Origin: the human T2T-CHM13v2.0 reference genome, Homo sapiens
Strand: one strand, 5' to 3'
Length of the DNA: 64,000 nt
Assembly: GCF_009914755.1 (NCBI RefSeq)
Contig: NC_060925.1
Shown one piece after another: positions 44,471 to 58,431 of this stretch (position 1 is the first letter of the stretch; each line of letters starts with the position of its first letter). The translations under genes were made by a program, and so were the position numbers. Under the pieces are notes generated by a model. It saw only the letters and a list, made by a program, of their open reading frames with translations. It was not told the DNA's origin and searched no databases.

Positions 44471-47400
44471 TACATTTCCCCTCCCTGCCTTTCTTCTTTT
44501 CCTCCTTCTTCCTATTTACCTGTGATCAATTGATCTATCTATGTATCTGTCTGTCTATCTTTTTAAAGATAATTTCTTGCTTTTGTGACTGAGATGCAGC
44601 AAAAGGACACTTCCCTTGATCTGTGCTTTTTAGAAAGAGCTCATTGGGTAATAGGCTGTAGACTGAATATTTACGAGTTGGTGTTCAGTTATCAAGAGAA
44701 TGCCATCAGCAATGCCTTCTTGCTTTCTTATCAGCTACTTCCTGCTGTCAGCTTGGCACTTATTTCAATAGAAAAGGATTTGCATCAAATGTAATGCCTT
44801 ATTATATACAGCTAACATGGGGTTTTTAATTGTACAAACACATGAGACTCCTGCAGTGGTAGTCAATTTGATAAAAGGATTAGATTATGAATGTTTTGTC
44901 ATGATTAAAGATTAGTTCAGATTTATCAGAAGTAAGCCAGTGAAATTTGTCATATATTTATCAGTCAGGTGAGACTCCATTAATCTGAGAGTGTATGAAC
45001 CACAAGTAGCCATCTCTTTATAAAAGTCTGCTGAATTTGGTTATTTATATTCAGGTGACAGGTGCTAAGGATTGTTTTTGGCCTTCCCTACTTGCTCTAC
45101 TGCTCAGAGTATCCCAAGAGTCTATGTCTCTAGCTTTTGGTCACTATTTTTTTTTTAATCTCATCTTATAGAATAGTTTGGTAAACATCTACACAAAATT
45201 TCTATAGTTTTTATTAAAGAAATGACAACTAGTGTATACCTGAAGACATTTTGAATTGTTCCTTTGATTAAAAAACCTTCAGTAAAATACGGAAGATTGA
45301 GAATTCCAACTTAGAAGGTATTTAAATTGAGTACTTCTTGCCATAAACAAGACTAGGCATTGAGATAGATTGAAAAGAAGCCTGACATACAACAGAAAGG
45401 TGAAACTACAGTCCCAGACACAACTAAAATTACTGTGTGAGGCCTGATACAACAGTACCCACTGCTCTTGGAGTGTTTGGGAAATAATATAAACAAGGAC
45501 ATAAGAAGTTTACCGTGTAATTCTAGACATGGAAAATAATTAGTGAGTTTAGCAGCAACTAAAGTGCAAAATATAGGAGATGCCATAAAGCAGAATGTGA
45601 TTAACTTCCAAATTAATAATATAGAGCTGCTGCTCTAGGAAAAGACTACTTCCGATTCAGGTAGTCAGGGAATATAATCCTGTTTGGCCAGCATCATTTG
45701 TATTGGCTTTCTGTATACCACCTGTGTGGCTGATTCTTCCCGCATATGTGTGTGCCTCCCTCAAGTACATAACAGGGAGATCCTGTTTTTAGGATTGCAT
45801 GGAGGGCACCACTGGGAGTTGGAAAATAGCAGTTCCTCAGACTAGAAGCATAGTATCCTAAGCTCTGATAATTTTCTACCTCAGGGACTTAACGGTCCTT
45901 CAAATGGATCTTCTTATTAAGGAAGAGATAGTTCAAGAACTGTACATAGTCATTTATGTGAGAACTCAGTTCAGAGGTATTTGCTAGTGTGCTAGCTGTT
46001 TTAAATTACATAGATATCAAGATTCTCAAAGTCTACATAGAAAAGGTTGCCTCTGTTAGGATGATTTTTGTAGAGACGAGTACTGAGCCATGCTTATGGA
46101 GTAGATAATATCGTAGAGAGATGTTTAGGAGAGAGATCTTTCAGATGCAGTGATTCCTCTAGCCTGTGGTGTTAGTAAGTCAATCAGATTCTCTGGGCCT
46201 TAGTATATTGTACCTATATTAATGAAGAATTATATTAGATCGGTGATTTTTAAACTGGATTTCTTGGAGAAAACCCTCAGGTTGAGGGGTGATTGAGGTA
46301 TATGGGAGGAGAGATCAAGTGGATTTTTCAGGGGTTTGGAGCCGAATTTCGCTACTATAATTCCAGACCTGTCTCAACTTCTATTTCTAATCCATTCTAT
46401 TAAGCAGGATTTTTTTGTTCATTTTTTAAGTAAAATTTTTCATGTCAAAGAGATTGTGTTGCCAGAATCTGATACTGATTTGGTACTACTGTATTTGATG
46501 ATGATACATAATTTATGCTCATATTTGTTATTAAGCACATACTTGCTAACAACATTTTTAAATTAAGGGAGAAGGATCCTCTGTTAGAACAGAATACTTG
46601 TATGAAAATTCCCGAGGGGAGTTGGGATATAATTTGACCATGAGGGTGTACTCTCTATAAGTAGATGATAAAGTGAATTCCTTCTATGTGGGAAAGAAGG
46701 ACATAAGGAAACACAGATCAAATTTGAAATTCAATAGTTAATAGAAAAAGATTCATGGCTTTCTGAATAATTATGTAGCACTTTGTTTTTAGAATAACAG
46801 TTTTCACTTTGTTGAACCTTTGGAGAAACATGAACTATGTATTTCCCTTGCCCTCCAACATTAACTTATTAATTCAGTTCATATATTCAGATATTGCTTG
46901 CTCATTCTTTTTTATTCCCTTCTACACAAAATATCCTATGAGTTTGTTTATAAATGACATCAAATATTTTACTGCCAAAATATTTTAGAAGTTGCAAGAG
47001 GAAGAAAAATTACTTTAAAATTAAAGTAATAATTAGAAATGTTTATTTGACTGAAAATTAAGTTTAGTGAAGAAATACAGTATGTGAACATGAAAGTTGG
47101 GAAAGATCCATAATTCGTTTTGTGTAATGAATAGCAGTGTTTTCTTCCCTCTTGATTAAAAAAAAAAAAAAGTAAGCACTTACAGAACATAGAGTCATTT
47201 TAATAAAAAATGGGAAATGTTTCTGAGTCAGTTAAATACTTTGACAAAGATGCGTTTTTTAAAGCCACACTTCCAAAGTCTTGTTATTTTATTTCTATAC
47301 TTTCAGTTTGATTTGTATAGGAAGTTCTGTCGGCATTTGTTGCCATGCTGTAATCAAAATGAGGTCTGTAAAAGTGGAAATTATATTAGTTATCAATTCA

Positions 47401-50400
47401 AATAGAAAATCGTTTGTTGTATATTCAGAGATTTATAATACTGACTAAATGACATTTCATCAAACATCTCAGGAGTCAGAAAAAAAATCTTTATGGCATA
47501 ATTTTCTTCTTTTCAAAATGATATCTAAACCAAGGGCGTAATCTTTAAGGTGAATTTAAAATAGCCGCAACACAAATCTAGTTTACTCAATTCTGCCCTC
47601 TAAAACTCCTTTTAGTTGCAGGTTCTTTTGCATTATTTCAAACTCTAATCCTCTGAGCGGGTAATTAACGGACCAGAAAAGCCATTTGTGGAAAAGAAGA
47701 GCCATAAGGGTGAAAATATTTCTTCACTGAATGATCTTTAAGAAGTAAATAATTACAAACGGAAAGGATTTGGGATGACCAATCTAAAACTGAGGATAAT
47801 TAGAAGGAATAGAGTATGAAAATCGAAATGCTTGGCATGTACAACAATTCTCATATCACAACAAGACTAATTAAATATTTAGAAACCAAAATCCCCTCAC
47901 AATTCGAAGAAAAATAACCCACGACAAAAGGGTCTGTAACTTTGCAGATAATTAGCAAGGGTTATAGGAAGGAAAAACATCACAGATTGGCTCCAAGGCT
48001 CTGCAAGGTCATGTCTTATTACGCTGTGTCTTTTATATAGTCTGGTAACAAGTTTCTTGCTAATTTAATCTAACTAGGGCATCCCATAGCGATTTCCCAT
48101 TTCCCTTGTTAAAAATGTGATAGTTTCTGCAAGTGCAAACTGCAGTAGGTTAACATTTTTATAAATAATTGCTCTTAAGTGATACAGGTTGTAATATTTT
48201 TTGAATTATTAAAAGTGAAGGCTTTGAAAATTTAGACACAGAAGCATTATTTTTTTAAGTATTACAAAATTTTATGGTTTTTATTCCCATTTAAATTTTT
48301 TTGTTTCATTAAGTAGTTAGACCTGATGACCCTGTGAATGAAACAGTCTCAGTGGCATGCTTTGTAAATAAATACTTCTTATTTTGCTAATAAAAGCAAG
48401 CACATTTATGTTGAATGTGCATTTCTGCAAACAACAGATTTTGTACTGGATTAATAAGGCTCTGAGTGAGTCAAGCCTAATTTGCATTAAACTGACCCCA
48501 AGGTCCGGTAAAAACTGCAAGGAATTTCAAAGGTTTCTAAAACATAGAAAGTTGTTTTTAGAAAATCAGCATTGCCATTTCAAAATGCTTATTTTAGTAA
48601 TTAATGTGGTATTTTTAAGGAAATTTTTGGAGTTTCTAAGTTGTAAATGAACTAAATATTAAAGTATGCATACTTTGTGTTTATAAATTCTGGCATAATA
48701 TTTTACTCAAATGCAAAGGTTATGGGAAGATGTTATTCTGTTTTCATTGACTGAAAAAAAGCACGACAACCTCCTAGAATTGATTTTCCATAGGATTTTA
48801 CTGTCAAGCTTTTGTTGACTTGCCACCAGTTACTTGATTTTTACTTGGGGAGTGAGGACTTTCTGTTTCTCTTATACACTATACTCCTTTTCAGTCAAAT
48901 GGATTTATGTTTACACATTGAAAGTACAGAAAAACATTTTGCATTTTTGCTTATGATTATCATTTTAATAATAAATGCAATTTTAAAATAATTTTTATGC
49001 AATTTCAAGGATTTAATCCCAGGTGCAATTTTAAAAAATCAGGATTATATTTAAAACTTTAAAAAAGTAGAAAATTGAATGTAATAAAAATTATATTGTT
49101 TATTTTTCCCAAATTATGTATCTCTGTGTACCAGTATTCATGCATATTATGCTAGAGATTCTGAAACTAACTTTATTACAGTAATGATTTCAAAATAAAT
49201 AACACAGTGTTCTATAATGCAAATTGTATAATATCCTAACATACCTATAGGATTAAATTCTATATGATGGTTAGAAATCTAGACTACACAAATTATTAAA
49301 TAAATAATGAGCAATAGCTATGTGACAAATGGGAACATTGTTACAGAACACCTCTTTTTTGCCACATGAATTACACACCATTTAGCTTCCTAATGTTATG
49401 TTTACCTAGCAATTAGTTAAGCTCACAAATCATCATTAATAAATATTTAAAGAAAGCAAGACCCACTTTCCCTAGCTGTATAGAATAGAAATTTAGATGA
49501 TAAAATAGCATTTCATTATAAAATAAAAAAAACTTTTTGAAAAGATTTGATTTAACATTCAACTCCATGTTTCTCTTGCATTTGTGAGGATGATTGTAAC
49601 CTTGTATCTTGAAGCATAATTCTTTGTATTCCCTCTCCATTCACTTGATTATTTTGCCTGAGCAAATCTATTTGCATTGGTGCCTACCTATTTATGTTCT
49701 AAAGTTATATGCTGTGTGTATAAAATTTTGTTCTAAATTTGGACTAAAAAAGACAGTGGCTAGAGTACTAAGTCAGTTGGAATTTGCTAGTGTATATGGA
49801 GAAGTGATTAGTAGCTAAATACTTATCCCGCCTTCCTTTTAAATAGGTAATCTATTTCATAAGGGTTTGTTATTGGCATTGATGATACAAGACTATATCC
49901 AAATTGACAGGGTTCTCTGAGAATCAGGTGCGGCTGATTGAGGCATAATTGGATGTCTGGTGTTTATTTTCTATTAACCATGTTTATTTATGAGCAGAAA
50001 TAGCCAGATAATCATTAATCATTATTTAATTTTTTCAAAAACACCAGATTCTTATGTGCTAGGCATATAATCACCTCCAATAAGAATTTGTAAGTTGGCA
50101 GCTTCTTTTTTCTTTTATTATTTTCTCTTAAACTCCCACTTTCTAGTAGTTTCTAAATTTTTAAAACTTGTGTACCTGAACAGAATGTAATTTACTTATT
50201 AACATATAATTTATTTTTACTTAGTTATTGAGGCTCAAGAATGCATGTAATTCCTATTCTATTAATTAAAGAACAGATTCATATTGCAATAGTTCGTCTG
50301 TAGATATTCTGTTTGTTTAGCATATACAATTCACCTAAGGATGTGGTTTAAGCTCTTCCAGGAAATCCTGTGTATGTTTTGTTTATACTTGGCACTATGA

Positions 50401-52377
50401 AAAGGAGTGTCATTACATGATACCTTGGTACCTTGGAAGCATTGATTTCACCTCCAAAAAGTGAGCACTTTTAACTGAGACAGACAGAAAGTAACTCAGG
50501 AAAAAAAAAGAGTCTTACCATTGCTAGTATTTTGTAATTGAAGTTTAATGAATAAATAGCCACTAAAATATTTAAATTGATGAAGCAATCTTCATCGAAG
50601 ATGCAGACTCAATAAAGGATTGAACTAATTCTTTAATTAGTAATTGTATAATTTCAAATTTAAGCAAACTTTAATTTTTTAGTTTCTGTCATGATATACT
50701 GAGCTTTTCTGTTGAATGCTGGAATATTTGTTCAAGGCGGTAGATTTTGCATTTTTAATCTTCCTTAGAACTGTGGTGAATAATGGCCCCTGGCAGGAGA
50801 TAATGAAATTTTCTTAATTTATATTTTCAAGAAGAAGCTTCAATTGAAAATGGCATCCTGTGGCCTGGAGACATAGCTCTAGTGCAAGTTTCAGGGGAGC
50901 TGCAATAATAATGCAGTGCCATCGGTGACGGGGAACGATGGGACAGTGAAGAAGTAATTTAAGGAAGAAAAGAAAATGCACCAAAGCTTTATTGTAGCAT
51001 ATCTAATGATCTGCTGAAGATTCCCAATGGTTTTTGGAGCATGACTGGAGAAACTAATGTTATCTTGCCAAAACAGAAGCCCCTGCTTAATCAGCAGAAC
51101 AAGACTATTGATTAAAACACCTCTCACAATAGATTACACATGGAATCTCATCTCCATACTTTGCACTTGGTAAAGTGTAATAATGAGCATAAGATAATCA
51201 AAAGAAGAGTAAAAGCAATTTGTTGGGCATTGTACAATTCAAGATTAGAGTTGGAATGGAAACAAATTTGCATGAATAGTTGAGCCTGTTTTTAAAGCTG
51301 TACACAGTAAAGAGTACGCACAGTGCAGGGACTACTGTGGAAGAGTAAAAGATGTTCTGCTTCTTTAAGATTTGCAAATCTGTTCATCTTACATAGGGGA
51401 CATTGTTATTATTGGTATTTTTGGTGGCGGTGGTGGTAATTTATATTTCTTGATGTTTGTTATCCAGGTATTGTGCAGAGAGTTGCCTGCACTATCCCAT
51501 TTAACCTTAACAAACTTCTAAAGAAGATACTACGTTTTACAGATGATAATGCTAAGGTTGAAAGGTTTAATACATTGCTTATGGACTCACAATTAAGTAA
51601 GCAGCTGACCTGGAACTTACACACCAATTTTTTTCTGATTCTACAGCTTCTGCTTTTAAACACTAATCTTCCCAATTATCAAATGATTTTGCTTTTGAAC
51701 AGAGATAAACAGTATGCTATATTATTTTTCGATACAATTTATTCTGAGAGTATAAGTAATGTGTGCATTGTGCTCTCTTTCACATAGAGTTTTAAAAGAT
51801 TAAGGAAAGGGAACATATTAATAGTTTGTTTTCATTAATATTTCATTAGTAATGAGGCACTATGTCTCAAAAATAAAGAGATAATCTTTCTTGAAAATAC
51901 TGCTGTTAATCTGTGCATGATATTTTTAAGTAATTTCCATATACTAGTATGTAAATTAATGATAATACACTTTTATAAAATGCCTTTTTATGCTTTACAC
52001 ATTTTTTTGAGAACATTTATCTTAATTTCAAAAAATACTGTGGATGCCTTAAAAGTTAATATTGAGACCTGAGAACATTGATTACATCTGGAAGATAAAA
52101 TATACTGTTTGTAATACTTTCACCTTCTTGCCATTTGCAAATTGGGATGGTTAAGTGATGCATTAGCTATTTCTTAAAATCTTTTTTGAAATATATGTTG
52201 TGCACAAGCCTGGGCAATATCACCAACTTTAAATACTTACTCTAATTTTTGTAATCAGCAAATATATTGGTAGGAAGTAAATTAATAAACTATTAATCTT
52301 CAAAATTATTTGTTACACTTCAGCTTTTACAGATGCATATTTGGCTTCATTCCAGAATTGAACCATTGAAACCCTCA

Positions 52378-52797
<420 letters not shown>

Positions 52798-53271
52798 CTA
52801 GTTTATGACCTATAAAGCAAGACTTTTGGATTTTCTTTGTTGTGGTTGATGGATTTTATTAATGTTTTACGAATTTTAATGTCAGAAATAATACTTTTAT
52901 TCCGGTATTTGAACTTAATATTAAAAGGTTTTATTATTGGGTTTATTTTAGTTATATTTGGAATTCTCAGGTTGAGTGTTGTACTCTATATACTTTAGAA
53001 TAGTAAGAAAGGTCTTTAAAATTGTAGTCAGAAAGTTGCAACCAGAAATTATATATAGGTGATACTTCGTGCGTTTTTAACCCAGTGATGTGAAATAATG
53101 ATTAAATCTTTGTCTTTGTATGCCAAATTTGAAAATTTTGGAAATGTGACTAGAAAAATACTAAAAATGATTATATGTTTAGAATTTGGGACTGAGTGCT
53201 TATGTAGTTTTATGTTTATTTTCTACTTAGTATTTAATCATGAATTATACCCTGGAAATGGTTTTTGTTCC

Positions 53272-53537
53272 TTGTTTTTGTTTTTGAGACAGGGTTTCAT
53301 TATGTTCCCTGGCCTGTGCTTCAGTGGTGCCATCCTCCCACCTCAGTCTCCCCCAAGTAGCTGGAACTACAGGCACATACCACCACACCTGGCTAATTTT
53401 TTTAAACTTTTTGTAGAGATGGGGTTTTGCCATGTTACCCAAGCTGGTCTTGAACTCCTGGGCTCAAGAGATCCTCCTCCCTTTGCTTCTGCCTCCCAAA
53501 ATGCTGGGATTATAAGCGTGAGCAATAGCGCCTGACC
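53272..53537 (-). mobile_element. AluJ with deletion
   Basis: Antisense Alu, tttgagacagggt…ctcctgggctcaag. Confidence 0.92.
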
Positions 53538-54164
53538 CCGAAATTGTTTAGACATTATTCGCAAGGCCTACTTATGCCTCTGAGTTCTCTCTAAAAACAG
53601 AAAGAAAGCAATTTCTGTATTTATTGCCTTCCTAGAGTTGAGCCACTTTATTAACATTTATTTGAATAAGTAAGTCAAAGATTGAATATAGGAAAATTGG
53701 CAGTGATTACAATGGGTCATATTTTTCTGTTATTTTTAATGACATACTTCTGTAGAACATAGTATATTTTTACATATTCTCAAAAGTTTTATTTCCAATT
53801 TTAGTGTTTCGTTAGCACATTTTTAGCAAAACATTATACTTCTTATCTGTTAAAAAATTGGTTCATATGTGATGTATACATGTACTCAGATAATATACTT
53901 ATTTCAATTCTCCATGTTAAGAATTGATGAATAACTAGACAGCTTGCTCAAAATTAGAGCAACTAAAACTCTTGATTTCTACACTTAGAATTAGCAAGAA
54001 GACATATTAACATTGTAAACTGTATTATGTACCTCTTACATAAGTTGTACTCATCACTTGTTTTCTGTTTCACTTGTTTTACTAAGTTTTATAGAGCAAA
54101 ATCATGTTTTGCCATTCATATTTATTCTTTAGTAAAGTATCTAAACCTATCTCGTTTTAACCCT

Positions 54165-54678
<514 letters not shown>

Positions 54679-57600
54679 TCACTATCGTAAGTCATCTGTT
54701 CATCTTTATAAATATAAAATGAAATAAGACCAGTTATTTGAAAGTTGAAGTGTTCAAAATATATTCTAGTATCTGCTTCTTTATGATGAACCGTAATTGT
54801 AGTTCCTTCAAATTGTAGTAAAATGTCTACTCATTAAAACCCTGTTTTTTCTCTTTTGCCTTGTTCTCATTCATACCGATTTTTTATGCTTAATGTGTAA
54901 GAAAATTGTAGGTTATTAACGTAATAAACCCACATGGTATTACCAAAATATACTGATAGTTTGATTGTTAAAACAATGATACCTTTATTGGTAAAGAAAT
55001 CTTCTTCTGTAGAGGAAGGGAGAGAAAGTCATGCCAGGAACTGTGCCCAGTACTGAAAATACAAACGACTAAACACTTTTTCTTTCTTGGCTTAACTCTA
55101 CCTTTTCGCTTTCATTAGTATGAGAACTTGAAGCTGAGCCCTTGGCGGGAATTTACTTTGCTTCTGTGGATAAGTAATTGCTTTCTTTCTGGATCTTTTT
55201 AAATGATAGCAATTTACACTTTTATAATCTTATCAACAGCATATTGTTAAGGAATTTTCAGATTTTTCTTAGTATTAATAGCTCACGTTGGGTGTTTCCC
55301 AATGTCTTTCTTGTCTCCTCACTCTCTATTTGGAAACTTAATGCTGCTTGCACCCTTTATAAAGGAATATAAATGTCTGTATTTCTATTTCTGTAATTTG
55401 GGCCTCTAAAAGCTTAGATTCATTTCCATGAATCAAGATACTGGCATGCAAAGTTCTAATTTTCTTGTACTTTTTACAGTTGGATTTCTCTCCTTTCTGA
55501 CCCTTAACTGTTTTAGCTCTAAATTTGCCATTTTTCTCAAGATTAATTTCTTGCACTTCTGATATCTCTGTGTATATAAACATATGAAATTTTCAAATTT
55601 AAAATGAATATTTTTTATATTTTGGGAGGCCCTGAATTCTAGAATTTTTTATAATTTTATTGCAGGAGCTTCATTAAATCAGTTTTGCTTAAGATTATAG
55701 TTGTAGAATTAATACGTTTTGCTGTCTTAAAGTGGATGCTTTGTGTAATGTGATTATTTAAATCAATAAAAATTATGTGGTTGGTATAAGTAATCATAAT
55801 TGCTTTGACATTAATTTGAACCTGTAATTGGTCAGAGGACTACTGCAAAGTTGTTCAGAAAGAGTAAATATGGACAGTTATTTTTTATTATGGTGTTGGT
55901 CCTCTTTCAAACAAAATGTAATGGAAACCAGAATGCTTATATACTTCCTGCAGAACATACCATGACATTGAGAAACATACAGTAAAAGATCTCTAAGCCT
56001 GTACTAGTTATATTCATTCATCCAATTACTTCTGGTGGAAAAAATCTGGGCAATTTTCAATGTATTCTTTATTTTTGAAAAATTATATATATATATAAAT
56101 GGCCAAATCCTTTGAGTTACTTTCTCCTTCACCTTAATAGCAAAGTCTTTCATGTTCATGTTCTTGGTCCATTTCAACTTTGAGTACAATTCCCTCTCTC
56201 TCCCACCAGTTGCTAGTTTGTTGATATGAGAGGAGCCTTTTGTGAGAAGGGAAGGTTGATAAACTAAATGAAGAGTTTACTCACACTAGAAATTGTTATT
56301 TGGAGGAGTTTTTGTAATCATATTTAAATACCATTCAAAACCTAACAGTTTGGTTGAGTAGTTATAAAATGTATACTGTGGGAGTATCTGAAAGGGATAT
56401 CTAACACACAGTTGTTTATCTTTCTTCATTTCTGAGAGGTGTAAGGGTGTGATAAAAGGAAGATCACTGTAGGTATGAATAAATACAAAGAAGGAAATGA
56501 AAGGACTTTTGTTTTTAATGGGACCAAGTTAGTGATTTGAGGATTTCTGGCAGATCAAGAAACTAAAAAATCAGTGAACTGTCTTGTTGCTGCAAAAGTT
56601 TAAAAAAGAAGAAAAATGAAACATCAGAATTATATTTATTAGTTGGGAACATTAGTTATTGACCTATTGAGAAACTGTAAACCTACCTCTTGTCTTGAAT
56701 TTTAGGATGTGAAATAGGTTCTGTGATTCATGTTAAAATAATTCGTTTACACTAAGTGGTGAACCACTGGTAAATTTCTTCAGATGAGTGAACCAAATTA
56801 AGAGAAATACAGAATAATGACAGGAAAACATATGTTACAGAAGATTGTGACACTATACCATTTACATTATTTACGTTCTTGAAAATTACAGTATATGGTA
56901 TATTTCTAAAAAAACACTGCTATACTCTATTATAATCATGATAAAAGTTACTTATACTTTATTTAGGTCTTGTTTGAAGTTCATTGTAGTATACTTTGAA
57001 TTATAAAATTTACCTATTTAATCCTGTAGTTTTCAGGCTTTGCTGCTCTTCAAAGAGAAAGTCTAGTTTTGAGTTGAAATGGCACCAAAGTATACGACTG
57101 TTCCTACCCATCTTTAACATGATTCACCTTCTACTGCCCTTTAGTTAGTGGTGCTAGAAACTGGGATGCTTTTCAAAATTCTTTATAGTGCTATTTTATA
57201 CTTCAGTATTTTATGTACTATCGAATATGTGGTATTCCAACTGTTACATAAATGTTATAATGTTCTTGTTCTGCTTGATTTGCCTTCTTAATGTATGTGC
57301 TATCAGAAAATACAATAAAAACCCTGAAAACATTCCATTCATTAGGTTATAATCAAATCAAATTATAAAAGAAATAGTTCTTGCCTTTACAAAAGTTATG
57401 AAAAGACCTTTTGGACAAATTCATAGAACGTACATATCATTTTATCTGGAATTCTAACCTATTTCTAATATTCTTGGTGAATTACTGACATTGCAAAAAC
57501 AAGAAAATAATTCCTTATAACAATAATTAGAACATTCTAGGCATCATGTTAGTACAACATTCTTTTTAATGTTATATTTTAGGGAGTACTGGTGTTGAAC

Positions 57601-58321
57601 CGAGGTACATAGTCATCTCATTAATTATATAGGCACATTGATCTATGAATAGAAAGAGTAACAATAATGCTTAGACATTACATATGTGCCAAAGCATTTT
57701 TCTAAATCCTTTAAATGCACTTTATCATTTATGTGGACCATAGCATATAAGGTGAGCTCTACTAGCTTAGTTTCTGGTATTCCAGAAAGTATGTACAATG
57801 AAGAAATTCACACCCAACTGGATTTAGAGGATAAAATTAAAATCCTGGCTCCTTGTTTTGTGTTGTCAAAAACTTCCTGCTGAGAAATTCAGGTTTTGAC
57901 TCTTACGTTTCTGTTTAGTTATAGGACCATTTTTAAAAATTGTAATCTTAATTCTTAATATCCTAGTAAGATATATCCAAATATCTTAATATCCTAGTAA
58001 GATATTTGTTGTTGATCTTGTTGTCGTTCAGTTCATGTTGAATATATCAAAAATTAAAATGTATAACAATGATAGGAAACTGTTGGCCATTATTTTTTTA
58101 CTTCTAGTTAAAATTTAGTGTGACCCATGATACCACTGTATTACAACATAAAGAAAACAAAACTCTTATAAAATATTTAATAATGTAGAGTAACTTAACA
58201 TCACTTGAATTTTTGTTTTATGTTTCTGGTTGCTTAAAGAAAATGAGAAAAACTTCTATGTTATATTTAAGTGAAAATAAATAAATTATGTTACACAAGT
58301 TTGATACATTTTGTTTTTCAG

Positions 58322-58431
58322 GTGCAACAATCGAACACAGTGTATAGTAGTTACTGGGTCAGATGTGTTTCCTGATCCATGTCCTGGAACATACAAATAC
58401 CTTGAAGTCCAATATGAATGTGTCCCTTACA
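58322..58431 (+). CDS. ADGRL2: Latrophilin-2 coding exon (110 nt): second half of the lectin domain
   Basis: ttttgtttttcag| acceptor and ACA|GTAAGT donor. AG+G completes Arg, then [36 protein letters not shown]. In frame with the upstream exon; phase 1 out. Confidence 0.97.
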
